Shown in pieces: positions 1 to 8,700 of a DNA stretch of 45,229 nucleotides. Source of the DNA: Anaerobutyricum sp. (GTDB lineage: Bacteria > Bacteroidota > Bacteroidia > Bacteroidales > Tannerellaceae); the NCBI GenBank assembly GCA_963629885.1, contig CAVGKO010000001.1:10773-56001 (forward strand). Reading direction: 5' to 3'. A program made the translations under genes and the position numbers. The notes below the pieces were generated by a model, which saw only the letters and a list, made by a program, of their open reading frames with translations, had not been told where the DNA came from and did not search any database. Numbering within the stretch: position 1 is the stretch's first letter; the number at the start of each line of letters is the position of its first letter.

Positions 1-864
1 GAACACCCAGAGTTCAAATGGACGTGTGCAGGGTGGAGTGATATTGACAAGTTTGCTTGTCAGATGCACAACCTCGTGTTCCCGCAGTTTGCCAACAAAG
101 CTCTTGGTGACATCACAAAGATAGATTGGAACGAGGTGAAGAAATCTTTGCAAGGCCGCGAGGTAGACCTCTTCACATACTCATCGCCCTGTCAGGATAT
201 CAGTCAAGCTGGCAAGCAGATGGGATTGGAGGAAGGCTCGGGAACCCGAAGCGCACTTCTTTGGCGAGTTGCCGATGCTGTGCAAGTGCTGAAACCTAAG
301 TATCTGTTACAGGAGAATGTGGCAGCACTGGTAAGCAAAAAGTTCATGCCTGACTTTCGAAAATGGTTAGACCGACTGGAAGAACTGGGATATGTAAACC
401 GATGGACACGACTCAATGCAAAGAACTACGGAGTGCCACAGAACCGTGACCGAGTATTTTGTCTCTCCATGCGCAAAGATGTAGCATTCGACTATCAGTT
501 CCCTGAACCCATTACCCTGAAGCGCAAGTTGGCCGATGTGTTGGAGGAAGAAGTTGACGAACGCTACTTCCTCAAGGATGATGCCGTGGAGAGATTCCTC
601 AAGGCAAACGAAAAGGACCCGGTAGTGTATATGCAGTTCCCTCTTGCTCCCACCCATGAGAATGCAATGTTCCTCAAGACGTGGCTTCACCGCATCTGTG
701 CCTCGTATGACCTATGGACTGCCGAAGACCACACATATCTCGTGAAGAACATCGAGGATTCCCGTCAAGACCTTATGACCGACTACGGCAAGTTTATGGT
801 TGACCACACAATACTGGGGCAGGAGTTCCTCGAAGAGTTCACCGCTAATATGGAAAGGAACTGA
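1..864 (+). CDS. C5-cytosine DNA methyltransferase catalytic core, 5'-truncated by the window edge
   Basis: Frame 1 is open from base 1 (EHPEFKWTCAGWSDIDKFACQMH). Motifs: GDITKID, catalytic motif IV DLFTYSSPCQDIS, motif VI ENV, motif VIII NAKNYGVPQNRDRVF. No TRD and no motifs IX/X after motif VIII. Confidence 0.93.
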   Translation, partial: EHPEFKWTCAGWSDIDKFACQMHNLVFPQFANKALGDITKIDWNEVKKSLQGREVDLFTYSSPCQDISQAGKQMGLEEGSGTRSALLWRVADAVQVLKPKYLLQENVAALVSKKFMPDFRKWLDRLEELGYVNRWTRLNAKNYGVPQNRDRVFCLSMRKDVAFDYQFPEPITLKRKLADVLEEEVDERYFLKDDAVERFLKANEKDPVVYMQFPLAPTHENAMFLKTWLHRICASYDLWTAEDHTYLVKNIEDSRQDLMTDYGKFMVDHTILGQEFLEEFTANMERN

Positions 865-867
865 CGG

Positions 868-1054
868 ATGGAATTCAATCTAACCAGGGTGGCATCTGCC
901 ATAGCCCTCAGTAGGGGGGGGGCAGATGCGCCCAGTAAATGTGACAATAGAGGAATGCTCGGCCACTATCACGACGAGATACGAAGGAGTGTGTATAACC
1001 TCTATTCTTACGCTGGGACATTTCCCGAGGACAACAGTACTAATAGAATTATGA
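868..1054 (+). CDS. Stand-alone TRD-like peptide 1, phase-variable (G9 at 914-922, currently OFF; G8 = ON)
   Basis: With G8 it reads MEFNLTRVASAIALSRGGQMRPVNVTIEECSATITTRYEGVCITSILTLGHFPRTTVLIEL*. The stop overlaps the next ATG (1051). Confidence 0.75.
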
Positions 1055-1200
1055 AAATTCACATCCCGATATTCGCCCAAGTTCTCTTTCTCGGTTCGCT
1101 ACAAGCGCACTGCGCGAAACGATCAATTAGGGGGGGGGACTGCTCTACACTCGGCACCACTGACCTCGGACTTCCTAAAATACTGATAGAATATGCTTAA
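1051..1200 (+). CDS. Stand-alone TRD-like peptide 2 (G9 at 1130-1138, currently in frame, ON)
   Basis: MKIHIPIFAQVLFLGSLQAHCAKRSIRGGDCSTLGTTDLGLPKILIEYA*. Has a TL motif and shares the PKILIEY end with peptide 4. Confidence 0.72.
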   Translation: MKIHIPIFAQVLFLGSLQAHCAKRSIRGGDCSTLGTTDLGLPKILIEYA

Positions 1201-1352
1201 TTATAATGCAAGACTGGAGCGGATGTTCGCGAAGGGCTTTCGTCCCGACCACGCTCTATGGATAGACACATACAACCGCCGATATGGTGGTCTTCACCAT
1301 ACTGGCAGGAGTAAGTTTTAGGAACCATTATTATATAGCTGTGGAATTATGA
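1193..1352 (+). pseudogene. Stand-alone TRD-like peptide 3, frameshifted near 1286
   Basis: MLNYNARLERMFAKGFRPDHALWIDTYNRRY, then a frame change to VVFTILAGVSFRNHYYIAVEL*. That stop overlaps ATG 1349. The unshifted frame stops at 1319-1321. Confidence 0.62.
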
Positions 1353-1500
1353 ATAGCCACGTCCGTCCCATCGTCATGGGCAAGTATTCGCCCTCGCAGA
1401 ACGGTATCATCGTCTCCCCCCTCGGCATAGCCCAGTGCATTGCTGGGGGGGGCGAGGACACGACACCACAAAACCGAAAATATTGATAGAATATGATTAA
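1349..1500 (+). CDS. Stand-alone TRD-like peptide 4, phase-variable (G8 at 1445-1452, OFF; G9 = ON)
   Basis: With G9 it reads MNSHVRPIVMGKYSPSQNGIIVSPLGIAQCIAGGGRGHDTTKPKILIEYD*. The current frame stops at 1484-1486. Confidence 0.78.
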
Positions 1501-1656
1501 CCGCCGACCTCTGAATATCCCCTCCTCCCCCCCCCAAAAAAAAATACGATATGCCCCACCATCACGGCTCACTACTACAAAGACGGATTGCGAAACTTCT
1601 TGCAAGGCACGAAATCGCACTTCGCGGCTCCTGCCATACTAAAAGAATATGACTGA
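1493..1656 (+). CDS. Stand-alone TRD-like peptide 5, phase-variable (C9 1527-1535 plus A9 1536-1544, OFF; +1 nt = ON)
   Basis: With +1 nt it reads MINRRPLNIPSSPPxKKNTICPTITAHYYKDGLRNFLQGTKSHFAAPAILKEYD*. The current frame stops at 1640-1642. Confidence 0.78.
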
Positions 1657-1662
1657 TAATTT

Positions 1663-1846
1663 ATGCTTAGGATAAATGCAATGTCAATAATGGTCACCAA
1701 GACTGATAATGATTGCGTATTTCGAGATATGCAAGCCAACGGACTAAAGACTCCTCGCTCTTTGAGTAGAGAATGTTTTACACTTACTTCGGCAATGGGA
1801 CTTGGGGGGGGGTATGACTCCAATAATAGTGAAAGTATATGAGTAA
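1663..1846 (+). CDS. Stand-alone TRD-like peptide 6, phase-variable (G9 at 1804-1812, OFF; G8 = ON)
   Basis: With G8 it reads MLRINAMSIMVTKTDNDCVFRDMQANGLKTPRSLSRECFTLTSAMGLGGGMTPIIVKVYE*. The stop region overlaps ATG 1839. Confidence 0.75.
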
Positions 1847-2060
1847 CCCAATGGCAAGACCAAGAATCCAAACGAAACGTTGGCGCGATATGCGTCCAGA
1901 AGAAAAAGACGAAGCAAGGCGCACAGCCAAAGCTGCCCTCATCCAAAAAATCGAAAACAGCCAAAAATACAAACATCCGAAAATATGTTCTATAAGCGAG
2001 ACGAACACACACTTCAATGCGCCTGCGTCAGATGGTTTCGCTACACCTACCCGCATTTAG
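1839..2060 (+). CDS. Small basic hypothetical protein, possibly the frameshifted N-terminus of the VRR-NUC gene
   Basis: Its ATG overlaps the end of TRD peptide 6 (TATGAGTAA) and the ORF overlaps the next one. Confidence 0.45.
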   Translation: MSNPMARPRIQTKRWRDMRPEEKDEARRTAKAALIQKIENSQKYKHPKICSISETNTHFNAPASDGFATPTRI

Positions 2061-2356
2061 CCAATAGGCTTTTCGCAGTACCCAACGGCGGGAGACGCGA
2101 TGCTACCACCGGCGCGCGCCTTAAAGACGAAGGAGTGCTGGCAGGAGTCAGCGACCTCATTCTGCTCCTACCTAACAACCGATATCACGCCCTACTCATT
2201 GAGATGAAGACCGAACGAGGAAGACAATCTCAAGCACAAAAAAAATGGGAACGCGAAATTACTGAACGAGACGAGTACAAGTATGTGGTGTGCCATCATT
2301 TCGAAGAGTTCACCCATGCCATCACGGACTACGTTCCATCAACGGAATCGTTGTAA
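1985..2356 (+). CDS. VRR-NUC domain (PD-(D/E)xK) nuclease, Holliday junction resolvase-like
   Basis: EHTLQCACVRWF...FAVPNGG...GVLAGVSDLIL...IEMKT..GRQSQAQKKW. The start position is uncertain. Confidence 0.85.
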   Translation: MFYKRDEHTLQCACVRWFRYTYPHLANRLFAVPNGGRRDATTGARLKDEGVLAGVSDLILLLPNNRYHALLIEMKTERGRQSQAQKKWEREITERDEYKYVVCHHFEEFTHAITDYVPSTESL

Positions 2357-2415
2357 AAATCTGGAATTATGGTGAAATAATAGGATATTTCCGTTGATAG
2401 TATAATATAATTGTG

Positions 2416-2423
2416 TACCTTTG
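2416..2423 (+). promoter_or_regulatory. Bacteroidetes sigma-A -7 element for the toxin-antitoxin operon
   Basis: TACCTTTG matches TAnnTTTG, 16 nt upstream of ATG 2440. Confidence 0.75.
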
Positions 2424-2439
2424 CGGGAAATTAAAGACA

Positions 2440-2786
2440 ATGACAACAAAGAATGATGTGGAGAATTTTCTCCGTAATTCAAGCAGAAATCCAAGATTTA
2501 TCAAATATTCTACCGAGATGAGCGAGGAAAAAACCAGCAGACCTTATTTGAACTGGATATCCCACCTAATTATAGAGATACAATCCTTCATTCTTTGGTC
2601 CCAGAGGATTTTTCAGAGGGACCACTGCCGGACACTCTACACCAAATATCAGATATGTGGGTGTTCGGGAAGATAGTCAAAAACCGCGAAGTCTATATCA
2701 AGATATCAATGGGGCTACCTGCTAACAGAACGATTTGCATTTCGTTCCATATTGCAGAACATCCTATCACCTATAAATTCAGATAA
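2440..2786 (+). pseudogene. MqsR-like (RelE-fold) toxin with a 1-nt deletion at about 2476
   Basis: MTTKNDVENFLR, then a shift at CGT-AA-TTC into FKQKSKIYQIFYRDERGKNQQTLFEL...EDFSEGPLPD...MWVFGKIVKNREVYIKISMG...CISFHIAEHP. Confidence 0.8.
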
Positions 2787-2788
2787 AA

Positions 2789-3778
2789 ATGAAAAGTCCA
2801 TTTGCAGATTGCGATGCGATAAAGCATAGTGAGCAGAGAACTGTGGTATACCGCAACGAGCAGTATGAATACACTTTTGTATGCTATAAGTGTCCAAAGA
2901 CAGGCGAGACCTTCACAACGAACGAACTTGATGCTGTCAATATGATTCAAGTAAAGAATCAATACAGATGTCGTCACAATATCCCCTACATCAACGAAAT
3001 ACGGAAAATGCGGAAATCCTATGGACTATCCGCAGCTAAAATGTCTTTCATTTTAGGTTGGGGAGAGAATCAATTCAGGCTATACGAAAACGGCGAGATG
3101 CCAAGTGTAAACAACGGGCTGCAACTTCGAGCCATCCAAAATGTGGATGTATTTTGCAATTATGTCAATTTGTCGAACATTTCCTTACAAGAGAAAAAGA
3201 CAATCGTTGAACGTGCCAAAAACAGTTTACTTGCACAAGAGCAGACAGGTAAAGCACGTTATGACATTGAACGTATATTTGGAACTGATATCAACGCGAA
3301 GTATGAAGGATATACCAATAAATCCTTGCAAAAGCTGAAAAACGTAATGCTCTATTTCATTAATAATTCGAACAGATTGTTCCAAACGAGCATGAACAAG
3401 TTACTCTTCTACACGGATTTTCTTCTCTATCGGGAATGCGGGCATGGTTTAACCGGGCTATCGTACATAGCGCAGAATTTCGGTCCTGTCCCACTAAATT
3501 GGACAAATGTTTTCAGCGCATTCGAGGAAATCAGTACTGAAATCATTAACTGTGGAAATGGAAACGAAGGCTATATCCTAACATCTGATATGCCTTATGA
3601 TATCAATGAATTCAGCGCACAAGAAATGGAAATATTAAATCAAGTCCGCGACCAATTCATTCAACTTAGCCCCACAAAAATTTCGGAAATAAGCCACAAA
3701 GAAAAGGCATGGACTGACAATATTCGAACACACGGTTTGATTGACTACTCCTACGCGTTCCAAATGACTACAATCTGA
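2789..3778 (+). CDS. MqsA-like antitoxin: Zn-ribbon-like + XRE HTH + C-terminal Panacea (DUF4065/SocA) domain
   Basis: YKCPKTGETF; IRKMRKSYGLSAAKMSFILGWGENQFRLYENGEMP; MNKLLFYTDF...GLSYIAQNFGPVP...ISEISHKEKAW. Confidence 0.85.
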   Translation: MKSPFADCDAIKHSEQRTVVYRNEQYEYTFVCYKCPKTGETFTTNELDAVNMIQVKNQYRCRHNIPYINEIRKMRKSYGLSAAKMSFILGWGENQFRLYENGEMPSVNNGLQLRAIQNVDVFCNYVNLSNISLQEKKTIVERAKNSLLAQEQTGKARYDIERIFGTDINAKYEGYTNKSLQKLKNVMLYFINNSNRLFQTSMNKLLFYTDFLLYRECGHGLTGLSYIAQNFGPVPLNWTNVFSAFEEISTEIINCGNGNEGYILTSDMPYDINEFSAQEMEILNQVRDQFIQLSPTKISEISHKEKAWTDNIRTHGLIDYSYAFQMTTI

Positions 3779-3793
3779 ACTGCCCTACTTTAT

Positions 3794-3860
3794 AACCATC
3801 CCCCAAAAAGAGGATGGTTTTTAATTGCCCCTAAGTCATGAGCTTGGGGGCTTTCTTTTT
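3794..3860 (+). terminator. Tandem intrinsic terminator hairpins
   Basis: AACCATCC/GGATGGTT followed by Ts, then GCCCCTAAG/CTTGGGGGC followed by TTTCTTTTT. Confidence 0.8.
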
Positions 3861-3874
3861 ATAGATAAAAACAG

Positions 3875-3922
3875 ATGAGGTTCAAAATAAAACACGCCTC
3901 CCGAAATCCCGATTTACCTTAG
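3875..3922 (+). promoter_or_regulatory. Putative phage late promoter, copy 1
   Basis: ATGAGGTTCAAAATAAA (identical to 31447-31463) plus a -7-like TACCTTAG at 3915. Confidence 0.65.
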
Positions 3923-3949
3923 CGCACCAAACTTTAAAACTTTAACATT

Positions 3950-4669
3950 ATGTGGGGCGCAATAGCAAGCGCAGCAATTCAGCTGGGCACCAGCATCGCA
4001 GGCGGCGTAATGTCCGCAAAAGCGGCGCGAAAAAGAAAGAAATATCTCAACAAGGAGAAAGCAGAAAATGAGAACTGGTACAACCGACGTTACAACGAGG
4101 ATGCGACACAACGCGCTGACGCGCAACAGTTGCTCCGAAGAACGCGCGAAACCATCATGCGTAACAACCAAGCAGCCGCAGGAACGCAAGCGGTCACGGG
4201 TGGTACTGACGAATCGGTCGCAGCCGTAAAAGAGCAGAATGCCAAAGCCCTGGCAGACGCAGTCGGGCAAATCAGTGCAAGTGCCGAAGCGCGAAAGGAA
4301 AACATCGACACGCAGTACAGCAACAACAAGCGGAGCATCGATGCCCAACTTGCTGGTGTGGAGGCAGAGCGAGCGCAGAACATCGCCAATACGACTTCGA
4401 ATGCAGTCAACGCAATTGGTCAGGCTGGGAGCGCGATAGATAGTATGAGTTCGAAAAGCGCGAGTACGTCAAGTAGCACGACAGGTAGCAGTATGAGTAC
4501 TAAGAGTGCGGGGACATCACTGGAAGGACTAAATTCCACCATCACACCCCAATTAAAACTTGGCAAGAGCAAATTCCATGAAGCATCTGTCAACTCACCC
4601 GCCTATGTAGCTATGAACGACCAAAATGGTCAACAGTATTCCGCAAATCCCAACAATTACGTTCTCTAA
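3950..4669 (+). CDS. Internal virion / DNA pilot (ejection) protein-like
   Basis: N-terminal Gly/Ala-rich hydrophobic helix (MWGAIASAAIQLGTSIAGGVMS) followed by coiled coil. First of a small-medium-giant gene triad typical of podovirus ejection proteins. Confidence 0.65.
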   Translation: MWGAIASAAIQLGTSIAGGVMSAKAARKRKKYLNKEKAENENWYNRRYNEDATQRADAQQLLRRTRETIMRNNQAAAGTQAVTGGTDESVAAVKEQNAKALADAVGQISASAEARKENIDTQYSNNKRSIDAQLAGVEAERAQNIANTTSNAVNAIGQAGSAIDSMSSKSASTSSSTTGSSMSTKSAGTSLEGLNSTITPQLKLGKSKFHEASVNSPAYVAMNDQNGQQYSANPNNYVL

Positions 4670-4679
4670 TTCCTACGCC

Positions 4680-5705
4680 ATGCAAGAAGACAAGAAACAA
4701 GATGGGCAGACCACAACCACCGGAAGCGGCGCAACGGCTGGCACAACCGCCGACGATAATGTCACTAACGGAGAGACAACCACCACAACCACTGATAACA
4801 ATGGTGAAGGCACGATGGCAGACACAGACTTAAGCGAAGCAGTGGTAACCGCGTCCAAAAAGCCCAAACAAAAGGCTACGGTTACACCTCAAGAGGCCGA
4901 AACCGACTACACGAAAGGAATAACCGATTACCTTCAACGACTCGCCGATGAACGCGAGAGGCTTAAAAAGTCGCAGGATCCCGAAGCCGAAAAACGTGAA
5001 GAGCGCAGACTGGCAAGGGACCGTGTCATATCATCAGTGGGCAACGCTCTGTCTGCTTTAGCGTGGATGGGGGCCGCGAAAGGTTATGCGCCCACGCCAA
5101 AGACCGAAAACTCGTCCGGGAATCCTTATGAACAACGTTACAAGGAATTCATCGAAAGGCGCGATAAGAACAAAGCCGCCTACGAGAATGCACTACAGAA
5201 ACTCCAAGACAGAGAAACCAGTACCCGCGAACTCCTTCAGAAAATGGTACTAACGAAGAGGTCCGCCGACAACAAAGAAGCCCGTGCTGCGGAATTGCAC
5301 GAATACGACAAGGCGAGAGCAGCCGCCCTCGCCGACAAAGCCCAAACGGATGCTGACAACGAGCAAGATGTAATCGACGCGAAGAATGAAAACGTGAAAT
5401 CCAGCACGGCACGCAACAAAGCATCAGCTGACGCGAGCTATGCCACCGCAAAGTATAAAAACGCGTCTACTGTCTACATTAACGATAGGAAGAACAACCC
5501 GAATAAGTACAAAAGTTCCGGCAGCAAGGGTTCCGGCGGAAGCAAGGACTATACGCAAAAGACAACGACAGACGCTATTAATCCTGTCACAGGTCAGAAA
5601 TATTCGAAAACAACCGTAGTTCAGCGAACTTATACGGGTTCTAAGAAAGGCGGCACGGGTTCTAACAAAGGCAAAATATTAAAAGTTTTCAAAAAAAGGA
5701 AATAA
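4680..5705 (+). CDS. Putative internal virion (ejection) protein 2
   Basis: Low-complexity T/S/K-rich coiled-coil ORF with one central hydrophobic helix. ATG 4680 is preferred because it avoids overlap with the upstream gene. Confidence 0.6.
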   Translation: MQEDKKQDGQTTTTGSGATAGTTADDNVTNGETTTTTTDNNGEGTMADTDLSEAVVTASKKPKQKATVTPQEAETDYTKGITDYLQRLADERERLKKSQDPEAEKREERRLARDRVISSVGNALSALAWMGAAKGYAPTPKTENSSGNPYEQRYKEFIERRDKNKAAYENALQKLQDRETSTRELLQKMVLTKRSADNKEARAAELHEYDKARAAALADKAQTDADNEQDVIDAKNENVKSSTARNKASADASYATAKYKNASTVYINDRKNNPNKYKSSGSKGSGGSKDYTQKTTTDAINPVTGQKYSKTTVVQRTYTGSKKGGTGSNKGKILKVFKKRK

Positions 5706-5711
5706 GATAGA

Positions 5712-8700
5712 ATGGACGAAAAGCAGAAACCACTATATGAGTTATACACGGAACTCCCTGAGTCCGGTTATCAAGTAGCCGAAACATATGAAGAATTCGA
5801 AAAGGCATTCACGACTGACCCTGATGCCGAGAAAAATCGTCACACCCTATTCGAAGAACTGAAAGATAAGGGATTAGGACCTGAAAACTACGAAACGTTT
5901 TATAGCACTCTATTCCAACCGAAAGATGCGAAAACTTCGGTTGCTATAGACCCGAACACTACTAAGCCAAGTACTCAGTCCCAAACCAAGCAAGTCGACC
6001 AAACGGCAACGGGAACGCCAACGAATGTTGCCTCTGGAACTGGTTCTGCGGCAGGAACGACAGATAAAGTTGCTGCGGCAAAGGACGCGAATAAGTCCCA
6101 ATTGGACAGCAGACCGAGTATTACAAGCGTTCTTGACAATGTGGCCAACGATGTCAAGCAAGCTGTAACAACTTCTACTGACCCCCAATTGAATCAATCG
6201 GCGCAATCCGCGTCGATGCAACACGGGCAGTCCCCCACTGTTGTGAACCAACAGGAGAAGTCGCGCGGATACAATGTGTGGAAGACTAAAATCAGCAACG
6301 CCTTTGACGATTATGCTCTGGGCAAGATAGACGATAAACAATTTAAGTCGACCATCGACAATGTTGGCAAGGATATAGAATCCGGAACGGACAACCAAGA
6401 CGAACGTAACGAGTTCAATACGTTTATTAAGGATTTGCAGAAGCGCGCCCAAAACACAAGAAGCACCAAATCTGTACAGGTCAAGGCCGGCTACGAGGCA
6501 TTCCCAAACAATAGTGATTCTGTTGTATGGGATTTCAAACTCAGCCGGAAGCAGCTCCCTCACCAGCAGGACTACGTTCGCACACTCCGCAATATGGTAA
6601 CTGGCGGTCAGTCATTCAATGTTATGTACAATGTGACTGACCCGGAAATCCAAAGAGACTACCAGATTGTGTCCGACCCCAAAGCGGAATCTACATATAA
6701 GCCCAACGACTATATACTTGGCGAGTCGAAAGCACAAAAGGATAAGGATTACCAACTTTACGCAGCGTATCTATACCTAAACGGAGGAGATTTACCCGAT
6801 TGGTTGGACTATACAGCCCAAAACAAAATTAAGGCACTGAGCAAGCAAGAACTGGAAACGAAAGCGAATCAATGGAAATCGCTCGTTGATGGCACACGCA
6901 CGAAGCGAAAATATAAAGGTCTGAATTCTATTGCAGATTATTACGCAAGTCAGAATACATTCTCTACAGGTGAGGCTCGCGCAACATATGGCAACCGCTT
7001 CGCCACGATTGTCCTGCCCAATGGAACGTACCAGACAGTCGACATCCATGGTGTAAAGGGTGACCAAGCCTCAGTTGGCGATGCACGAAAGGCGTTCAAT
7101 GCACGATTCAATAGTACTGAAACTGCTGATGAGTCGGGGAACGGTAATGCTCAAGCCCCTAAGGGCGATACCTACCTGATGCCAACAATCTTCAATGAGG
7201 AACGATACTCGAACTCTTTCCCTGAATGGGATGATTTGGACGATAAGACCAAGGCTCAATTCGACAATAGCGTTTTCAAGTACTGGGACGAGATGAACAA
7301 ACGTCAAGCCATTTCCGTGCCGGTATTCGTGGAGAACGGCAAAAGCGTAGACAAGGCAGAAGACGAGTTCAATGCGAAAAATGCCAAAACTCAATTCGCG
7401 CAACTGACCAAGAGGGAGGAGATTGAATCGCAAATCAAACAGGCGAAGAAACTCCGGAAGCTGCTTGAAACAGCCTTTGAGAACCTACGCCAATCAGCAA
7501 AAGAGGAACGAAATGGCGGTGTGAGTACAATGTTGGGCGATGCAGGACAATTTCGCGTTGCATTCCGCAATATCGACAATTTCATCGAAGCCGGTGAACG
7601 AGCCATCAAAGACCGTCACTATAGTGCGTTCACATCATTTTGGGAGAACCTTTCCGATGCTGGCGGGTGGTCACTGGGACTGACCAATTTGAACGAGGCT
7701 TTGGGACTCAATCACCTTGCCAGTGGCGAAGGGGTTAGCCCCGAAATCGAAAAGGCATTTGGCGGGAAAAAAGGCGTTAAGGAATTCGCAGCTGCTGTGC
7801 AATATTTCGGGCAGAAGGCCGAGCAATGGCGGCAAAAGTTGGGCTATTACGATGAAGCAGGCAAAGCAGGCTTAATTCAGTTTATGGGCACCTCTATGTT
7901 GCCAACCTTTAAGGTCGCAACTCTTGCTGGTAATGCGGCAAAAGGTGTCGTAAAGTTTTTGGGCAAATATGCAGTTAAAGCTCTTGACAAGGGTGTGGCC
8001 GAAACTGCGAGTGCAAGTATACGGGCAGTCTCCCAATCGGCGATAAATCGCTCTCTAAAAACTGCGCTCAAAGAAGGCGGCATGGCAGCTGCTACGCGCT
8101 ATGGCGCAGCCAAATCTTTGAATGTTGGCGTGAACGCCGCTGCTTTAGTTGCCCAAGGCTTTACGGACGGCACTATTCTTAGTGTGCCCGAAGTATTCAC
8201 CAATGTGGCAAATCGTCGCACAGGTAATGCACAAGTCGCTGAAATAACGCGAGAAGGCATCAAATTTGGTGACGAACTATTCGTGCATGACAACCAAAAT
8301 AGCGAAAGAGACGTTATAAAGGAGACTCTCCAACGCGGGCAAGCAGAATGGATGGGTATGCGTTTGGGCGAGATTTTCGGACCGTGGTCACGCTACCTGG
8401 ACCAGCATATGATGAGCTGGGGAAAAACCGCGTATAAAAAGACGTTGGGCAAATTTCTCGATGGTTCGAACCTCGAAAAGACTTTGGGAATGATTGCCAA
8501 GGGAGCCAAGGCAACAGATGTATACAAGTACGTTACCAATCGGCTTGAGCAAGCCGGCATGGGTGGCAGTCTCACATTCTACACGCAGAACAACCTAAGT
8601 CAGTTGATCAATGCTCTGACGGTCGGAGATGTGTCTGTCAGTGAAGCGTTGAGTGGAAAAAAAGGAAATAATATTTCTTGGGCGGATATGACCTGGGGAC

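Larger units (their letters stand above)
914..1812 (+). repeat. Cluster of homopolymer tracts: G9 (914-922), G9 (1130-1138), G8 (1445-1452), C9A9 (1527-1544), G9 (1804-1812)
   Basis: Read directly from the sequence. I saw no other G/C run of 8 or more in the 45 kb. Confidence 0.95.

Noticed and set aside
868..1200. The 110-aa ORF from the ORF track as a single genuine gene
   Set aside because: Its middle part is the wrong frame of TRD module 1. The TRD-like sequence and the stop/start junction lie in the shifted frame.
914..1812. Frameshifts as mere homopolymer sequencing errors
   Set aside because: The exact ON/OFF state of each tract could be miscalled. However, one long tract per module, found nowhere else in the window, and an intact 17-kb ORF argue that the tracts are biological.
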